DNA from: the human T2T-CHM13v2.0 reference genome, Homo sapiens | Strand: one strand, 5' to 3' | Assembly: GCF_009914755.1 (NCBI RefSeq) | Contig: NC_060927.1 | DNA length: 64,000 nucleotides | Part shown: positions 52,503 through 64,000 of the stretch, piece by piece | How positions within the stretch are numbered: position 1 is the stretch's first letter | Layout of the letters: every line of letters begins with the position of its first letter | Notes under the pieces: model-generated | Told to the model about the DNA's origin: nothing | Database searches by the model: none | Seen by the model: only the letters and a program-made list of their open reading frames with translations | Made by a program: the position numbers and the translations under genes

Positions 52503-53519
52503 ATGGGGTAAAAACAGAGCAGAAAAACTGGAAACTCTAAAAATCAGAGCACCTCTCCTCCTCCAAAGGAACGCAGCTCCTCACCAGCAATGGAACAAAG
52601 CTGGACGGAGAATGACTTTGAGGAGTTGAGAGAAGAAGGCTTCAGACGATCAAACTACTCTGAGCTACAGGAGGAAGTTCGAACCAATGGCAAAGAAGTT
52701 AAAAACTTTGAAAAAAAATTAGACGAATGGATAACTAGAATAACCAATGCAGAGAAGTCCTTAAAGGACCTGATGGAGCTGAAAACCAAGGCAAGAGAAC
52801 TAAGTGACGAATGCGGAAGCCTCAGTAGCCTATGCGATCAACTGGAAGAAAGGGTAACAGTGATAGAAGACGAAATGAATGAAATGAAGTGAGAAGAGAA
52901 GTTTAGAGAAAAAAGAATAAAAAGAACGAACAAAGCCTCCAAGAAACATGGGACTATGTGAAAAGACCAAATCTACATCTGATTTGTGTACCTGAAAGTG
53001 ACAGGGAGAATGGAACCAAGTTGGAAAACACTCTGCAGCATATTATCCAGGAGAACTTCCCCAACCCAGCAAGGCAGGCCAACTTTCAAATTCAGGAAAT
53101 ACAGAGAACGCCACAAAGATACTCCTCGAGAAGAACAACTCCAAGACACATAATTGTCAGATTCACCAAAGTTCAGATGAAGGAAAAAAATATTAAGGGC
53201 AGCCAGAGAGAAAGGTCGGGTTACCCACAAAGGGAAGCCCATCAGACTAACAGCTGATCTCTCGGCAGAAACTCTACAAGCCAGAAGAGAGTGGGGGCCA
53301 ATATTCAACATTGTTAAAGAAAAGAATTTTCAACCCAGAATTTCACATCCAGCCAAACTAAGCTTCATAAGTGAAGGAGAAATAAAATCCTTTACAGACA
53401 AGCAAATGCTGAGAGATTTTGTCACCACCAGGCCTGCCCTACAAGACCTCCTGAAGGAAGCACTAAACATGAAAAGGAACAACTGGTACCAGCCACTGCA
53501 AAAACATGCCAAATTGTAA
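52503..53519 (+). pseudogene. L1 ORF1p remnant
   Basis: ATG GGG TAA (stop at codon 3), TGA at 52890-52892, frameshifts near 52927 and 53190; fragments MEQSWTENDF... and KRPNLHLI... Confidence 0.93.
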
Positions 53520-53582
53520 AGACCATCAAGGCTACGAAGAAACTGCATCAACTAATGAGCAAAATACCCAGCTGACATCATA

Positions 53583-57405
<3,823 letters not shown>

Positions 57406-58781
57406 ACAATGAGAACACATGGACACAGGAGGGGGAACATCACACACTGGGGACTGTTGTGGGGTGGGGGGAGGGGGGAGGGATAGCATTAGGAGATATA
57501 CCTAGTGCTAAATGACGAGTTAATGGGTGCAGCACACCAACATGGCACATGTATACATATGTAACAAACCTGCACGTTGTGCACATGTACCCTAAAACTT
57601 AAAGTATAATAATAATAAAATTAAAAACAAAAACAAAAAACAAAAAACAAACAAAAAAAGTATTGTTCCATTCTTATTTAGAAGCATCATTTTTACAAAT
57701 CATTCTTACATAATAACATTATATGCCCAGGAAAAAAAAAGATAAGTACTTTAGCTTATCCCTACTATGTAGTAATAGGAATTACAGATCACTTTGAAAG
57801 GGAGGAATGTCAGACTAATTAATTTCATTATGGGTAAGAATTTTGACATTGTCGTCTTGTTCGTGGGCCAAACAGTGAGCAAGGTTCAGATGCAGAAACA
57901 TGTTTTTGTTGCTTCTTTGTATATATTTTACAAATTCTTCCTGATAAGTCTCTTTTGTCTGCTTTCTCTGTAACTTTTCACTATTTGTTGGTTCTTTTTG
58001 TTCACTGCCATGGCTTTTCATTTGGATGCTCCTAAATTATAATTTTCCTTTAAAGAAGGCAACACATAAAATCACATCAAGGATACCATTAGATGAAGGC
58101 CAGTGAAGAAAATTTTAACTGGGTAGGATCATTTTTAAATGTAAAGGGAGTATACTCAACTGGTTTGTGTCAAGCTTTTTCTGTGTTCTATATTTGCAAA
58201 TTATTTTGTAGTTTCCTAAACTATAAACATATATCAGAAATATTTTTATGACAGGGTTTGCTTTGCCAGAGACCATAATTATCATCAGCTTTGCTTGCCA
58301 ATGAAGAAGAATGCTTTTATCTGGGTGAATTTATGCATTGAGTGGGGGTGGAAGATTCTTTTTTGAGAGAGATTTTCATCTCCAGCCTAGAGGTTGGGGG
58401 AAAAGCTTTTTAGAAAAGTAGATGGAAAAATTGATCCATAAAGTTTCTCATTTCAATTATAACCACACACGATCTTGGCACCACTCTAAACAAAGTGGCC
58501 GGCATTGGTCACATTTTCCGTGTTTAGACAGAACTTTAAATTAGTTCTGCTTTATTGTTTACACCCATATTTACCAATCAAAATTTCTCACCTGTTTAGG
58601 AAGGGTTTTCTGATGAGGAAGACATATTGGAATTAGATGTTGACGTTGAAATCTGAAAGGGAAATGATTTCTTAATGCAAGCATGCCTTACTTAGTCATA
58701 AATGGTGACCTGAGATCCTCAGAAGATATGAGCCGTTCAGAAGAGGCATTTCCATGGCTTAGTCAACAATCTCCAAAATAA

Positions 58782-59177
<396 letters not shown>

Positions 59178-59299
59178 GCACATGATTTTTTAAAGAAGAC
59201 AAAAGGTCCTCAAGGAACTATTATCCAGGATTTTAATGTCTATTCCCTGAGGAGCCAGGTACTAATTCTTGATTATGATTTGAGAAAAAGTTATTCTTC

Positions 59300-59915
59300 T
59301 ACCCAACTCTCATACAGTGTTGGTGGACACGTATGATGATACAACCACTTTTGAAAACAACTGGGCAGCTTGTAAGTAGTTGAACATAGACTTACTGTAT
59401 GACCCAGTGAATTCTATTCCTAGATATACCACATATTCAGACAAAAACTTACAGCAGTTTTTCTTGCAAAAGTCAAAAACTAGAAACAACCTGAATGTCC
59501 ATCAACTGGTGGACGGATAAAACAAACTGTGATGTATCCCCATAATGAAATACCACACAACGATAAAAGTTTACCATTGAAATATACTACTACAAGATGA
59601 ATCTTAAATGTCTATGCTGAATAAAAGAAGCCAGACAGAAAAGAGTGTATACTACACAATTAAATTCATATCAACATCTATGAAATGGAAACTAATACAC
59701 AATCTCAGAAAGCAGATCAGTAGTTGCCTGGAACGGGATGTGCAATGGGACAGAAAGATAACAAAGATTAAATGTAAACTTTTGGACGTATACAAATGCT
59801 TATTATTTTGATTACTTGATGGTTTCACAGAACAAACATGTCAAAAATCTCTAAGCTTTATACTTCAGGTATGTGTAATTTATTGCATGTCAATAATACC
59901 TTAATAAAACTATAA
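59300..59915 (+). mobile_element. Old L1M (MC/MD/ME-like) 3' fragment
   Basis: ACAACCACTTTTGAAAACA, AAACTAGAAACAACCTGAATGTCCATCAAC, TTTATTGCATGTCAATAATACCTTAATAAA. Confidence 0.72.
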
Positions 59916-60009
59916 AAAATGAAAAAAGATGTTGAGCTGAGGAATTTATTTACTTTTATAATAAACATTTTCAAAGTGGCCATGATGTGGCCCTTAGTGT
60001 GCCCTGTGT

Positions 60010-60175
60010 CTGTGCTTATGAAATTTTAATGTGCAAAGATATCACCTGGGACATTGTTATAGCACAGATTCTGGTTTAGTAGTTCTCGGATGGAGCCTGA
60101 GACTTTGCATTTCTAATAAGCTCCCAGGTGAAGCCAGTGCTTCTAGTCCAGGGATCACAGAGTGAGTGGCAAGAC
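60010..60175. mobile_element. MER5A/B-like MITE
   Basis: ATCACCTGGG..CAGATTCTG..GGAGCCTGAGACTTTGCATTTCTAATAAGCTCCCAGGTGA. Confidence 0.75.
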
Positions 60176-60897
60176 TCTTGGCATCATAAATACAGATGAA
60201 CAAAATACAGCCTCGTAAAGGGCTCTCCAATGAATGGAACATATATGAGTAACTGAAGAATTATAAAAAGAGTGGGAGGGTTCTGTTTTGGGCATTTTTT
60301 GAGTATTTTTAATTTGACCAGCATTCCTGGTGATAACAACTATAAACTCTAGACAAAATGCAACAAAACAACTATCTAAAGGCATGGGATAAAAATCAGA
60401 AGAAAGCAAATACTGCATTGGAGTTGACACTCGAAAAAAGGGAATGGTACTTGGCAAGTTTCCCATATTTTTAGATTTTTTTTTTTTGTCTGAGGGCAGT
60501 CTCTAGTCTACTATGTAGGGCAACTCAAACTCAGAATACGTGCAGTTATACTAGCTTGAAAAATCAGATGTCAGGGTCCAAGCAGATTGTGGCAGCTGGA
60601 AAATGGCAGGGTTGGGGGTAAGAGTGTGGTATATAGTAGGAAGGAGAGAGCCACAGAGAGGGAGCTGCAAATTTTGTGTATAAATTCTGTCCTAATCTGT
60701 GGCTGGTCCCGAGTCATATACGCATGGGTCAGATGCCCAGAAATCCAGCTAAGGCTAAATGAACTGTACTAAGAGTCCAGCTGCTGTTCACAGCAGGGGA
60801 GAAATAGTTTGCAGTTTTGTGTTCAGCAAAGTTAACTTGCTGCTTACAAAAATAACCAATAGTTTTCAAAGGGGCATAACAGAATCCAGAGCTTCTT

Positions 60898-61452
60898 TGT
60901 AGTAGTCAGGGTTCTCTAGAGGGACAGAACTAATAGGATAGATGTATACATGAAAGGGAGTTTATTAAGGAGAATTGACTCACACAATCACAAGGTAGAG
61001 TCCAAAATAGGCCATGTGCAAGTTGAGGAGAAAGGAAGCCAGTGGTGGATCAATCCAAGGTCCAAAACCTCAAAAGCAGGAAAGCCGACAGTGCAGCCTT
61101 TAGTCTGTGGCCAAAGGCCCGAAAGCCCCTGCCAAAACTTGTTTAAGTCCAAGAGTCCAAAAACTGAAGAGCTTAGAGTCTGATGTACGAGGGCAGGAAG
61201 CTTCCAGCATGGGAGAAAGATGGAGACCAGAAGACTCAGCAAGTCTGCTCTCCAGCTTCTCCTGCCTGCTTTATTCTAGCCAGGCTGGCAGCTGATTAGA
61301 TGGTGCCCACACAGATTGAGAGTGGGTCTGCCTCTCCCAGTCCACTGACTCAAATGTTAATTTCCTTTGGCAACACCCTCACAGATACATCCAGGAACAA
61401 TACTTTGCATCCTTCAATCCAGTCCAGTTGACACTAAATATTCACCATCACA
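60898..61452 (-). mobile_element. MLT2A/B-like ERVL solo LTR
   Basis: TGTAGTAGTCAGGGTTCTCTAGAGGGACAGAACTAATAGG...CAGCTGATTAGATGGTGCCCAC...TTGACACTAAATATTCACCATCACA. Confidence 0.9.
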
Positions 61453-61489
61453 CTCTTCAACGTATCATTCTCAATACCCATGGTATTAC

Positions 61490-61695
61490 CAAAGGTTAGC
61501 AACTTGTTTCTGTAACGAGTCAGATAGCACATATTTTATACTTTGCAGGCCACATATTGTCTCTGCTGCATAGTTTTCTTTCTTTCTTTTTTAAAACAAC
61601 AGCTTAAAAATGTAAAACAATAACAACAACATTCTAAGCTTGGAGGACCTTAAAAAAACAGGCAGCCCATAGGTCATAGTTCGCTGATCCCAGGG
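61490..61695. mobile_element. MER58-like fragment
   Basis: GGTTAGCAACTTGTTTCTGTAA..CAGATAG..ATATTTTA..CTTTGCAGGCCA...GTCATAGTTCGCTGATCCC. Confidence 0.55.
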
Positions 61696-61984
61696 TAAGG
61701 GAAGGATTCCATGATCACTGTGCAAGTGGAATAAAAGCTTAAAGAAGTTGTTTGGGTAAAAATAAATGTAAATCTCTCACACAATGACATGGCAGATTGA
61801 GGTTCAAATCACCTAGAGTAGCCTCAGGCCAAGTAGGATATGATCTTTTTGCTCAAGTGACCAGGAAGAAGTACGGTCAACTTCTTCTCTGGCTCCATGT
61901 TGGCCCAAGGGAAAAACTATGTTCCTTCAAGAGTACCTCTAGGCCCACCAGTTCATGGTCAAGTTTGGTGGCATTAAAGAAAGG

Positions 61985-62520
61985 TATGATAGTTATAAAC
62001 GGCTAGGTAACAAATTACTCCAAAACATAATGTCTCAAAACAACCATTTTATTATGTTCCAGAATTCTGTGGGTCAGAAATTTGGGTATGGCTTGACAGG
62101 GTGCTTCCTCTGCCCCCTATGGCATTAACTGGAAGTTCCTGGGTGGTATTCAGCTGACGGATGGACTGGTCTGGAGCTCATGATAGCTTCACTTGTGTGT
62201 TTGGAGCCTTGCATAGAAGGCTGGGCTCAGCTGGGGCGACTGAGTGGAACATCTACACATGGCTTCTCCAGCACCATCAAGTGGAGTTGGACTTTTTTTC
62301 GCCGTGACTTAGGGCTTTAAGAGTGAGTGTCCCAACAGAGAGGATGCAGAGCTGTCAGTCTCTTAGGCCTGAGCCCTCATGCTGTCAAACTATTGGTTGA
62401 GCACAGTCAAACTTCTACCAAATTTTATGGGTCAAAGAAGTCACAGTCCATCCCAATTCAGGAGGAGATCCCATTTCTAAATGGGAGATCAAACATTTTT
62501 GGTCATCTTTAATTTGCTAT
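61985..62520 (-). mobile_element. MLT1 (H-K-like) MaLR LTR
   Basis: GTAACAAATTACTCCAAAAC...AAAACAACCATTTTATTAT..ATTCTGTGGGTCAGAAATTTGGG; GGCTGGGCTCAGCTGGG. Confidence 0.7.
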
Positions 62521-63621
62521 CAAGATAAATTAGTGATATTTCATGAAGAATAAGATTATGGTGAGTTTGGTTTGATGGAATTTTATCTTCCTTATGCTAC
62601 CAGCACACAGGAGGAATGTTATCCTTACAAGAATCACATACACTTAAATTTCTTGGTAAACAAATGAGTCAAATATTTTGTTATTCTACACTATAATATA
62701 ATTCGTAACAACTAACAGTGGGATAAAAGCAAGATTTGGTTTGGATTCTGAGAGAAATTGGAAAGAAAAAGGCAAAGAATAAATAAGAACTTGGAAATAG
62801 GGTTAGACAGGAAAGGGGCATAGAACAAAACAATATTTAAAAGAAGAGATACATTGAAATGTTTCCAAAAAAGGAAGGAAGGAAGACAACAAACTCTAGA
62901 GGACTGATGGCAATAGAAAGCTGCAGAGATAGACAATTTCAAAGTCTGTTGAATATGGGGAAAGACAAAATCAGGGGGTTCAATAACAACAAATGTGTGC
63001 TTGAAGCCAAAGAATAAAAATAAGATTGAAGTTTAGCTCTAAAGATTACAAGGACTTCAGAGACTATAGGAGAGTAAATTACTGTAGAACACACAACTAA
63101 ATGTAATGTTCCTTTTAGCATGAGTTTTTAGGGAAAATGTTCCCTTTTACAACAGTAGCTATTATTGATCCAAACTTGATAAAGAACAACTTAGAAGTAC
63201 CTAGATTTCCAATCGAGTTCCGAAACACACACAAAAAAAGGACCAAATGCAAAAAAACAAAATCCCCAAAACTCCACCAATATTTTGTGCTGTCTGCTAC
63301 TTTAAAGTCTGTCCTCACAGACTTCCACCCACTGTGAAAGGATGAGAAAAATCTATTTTCTTTCTGCCCTGTAGCAAGAAAGCAGTTGCCTCTGCATTTC
63401 CTTGTAGATGGAAGTGCTTTTTGTTCTCTGGGACTCCTGAATATGCATTTGAGCTGTGAACCCGGAGAAGGTTGGGACAAAAGGGGCTTCCCTCTGAATT
63501 AGCGGCTCACTGAAACAGGAGGTCCAAGATAATTAATCTAGGAGCAGCAGGGATGGAGGCTGCAGTGGCTGGAACAGCCCCAGAGAGGACAAACCATAAA
63601 TAGACAATGAGAAAGCAAATA

Positions 63622-63697
63622 TTAGGTGGTGCAAAAGTAATTGCGGTTTTTGCTTAAAAGTAATGACAAAACCACATTTACTTTTGCACTAACCAAA
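63622..63697. mobile_element. MADE1 (Hsmar1-derived MITE)
   Basis: TTAGGTGGTGCAAAAGTAATTGCGGTTTTTG...CAAAACCACATTTACTTTTGCACTAACCAAA, TA flanks. Confidence 0.9.
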
Positions 63698-63884
63698 TAC
63701 ATTCTGTTTTCAGAAGAACTCTGAAAAGATGAAGCAAGTTGGGAGGATATATTCATTTCATGAACAATATACCATCTGAAATAATCACTGCACTATTCCT
63801 ACGTGCCCCTCCTCACCCTAATTTCTCCCTTCCCCCAGTTCAATCCCCTGAGTTTTCCCTCAGATCAGTATTCAGAGCTCAGCG

Positions 63885-64000
63885 TTTTTAAGACGGAGTC
63901 TCACTCTGTTGCCCAGGCTGGAGTGCAGTGGCGCGATCTTGGCTCACTGCAAGCTCTGCCTCTGGGGTCCAAGAAATTCTCCTGCCCCAGCCTCCCAAGT
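63885..64000 (-). mobile_element. Alu (partial, runs off the window)
   Basis: AGACGGAGTCTCACTCTGTTGCCCAGGCTGGAGTGCAGTGG. Confidence 0.9.

Overview
This is primate, most likely human, non-coding genomic DNA (intergenic or intronic). I could not assign the locus, and I found no credible host protein-coding exon, tRNA, rRNA or CRISPR array. A large share of the window is interspersed repeat. It includes a full-length but inactivated L1PA4/5-like LINE-1 (51479-57655), about 20 Alu or Alu-monomer copies, ERVL/MaLR solo LTRs (THE1, MST, MLT1, MLT2, MER21, LTR41/33-like), Tigger3, hAT MITEs (MER58, MER1B, MER3, MER53, MER5, MER81), MADE1, MIR, L2 and old L1M fragments, many of them nested. A small CpG-enriched segment at about 6.7-7.2 kb and several CTCF-like motifs are candidate regulatory elements. 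The most unusual signal is a set of local templated-copy events that annotated repeats do not explain. A 225-bp segment is copied 1105 bp upstream into a perfect 23-bp-arm AT-rich palindrome and carries a hairpin-templated 4-base mutation. A 66-bp segment is copied 972 bp upstream into an LTR, a 22-mer is repeated 2.3 kb apart, and a fold-back rearrangement duplicates a DUX4-like site in a THE1 LTR. I do not see evidence for a new coding system. Repeat family and subfamily calls are from recognition of consensus sequence by eye, and boundaries of old elements are approximate.
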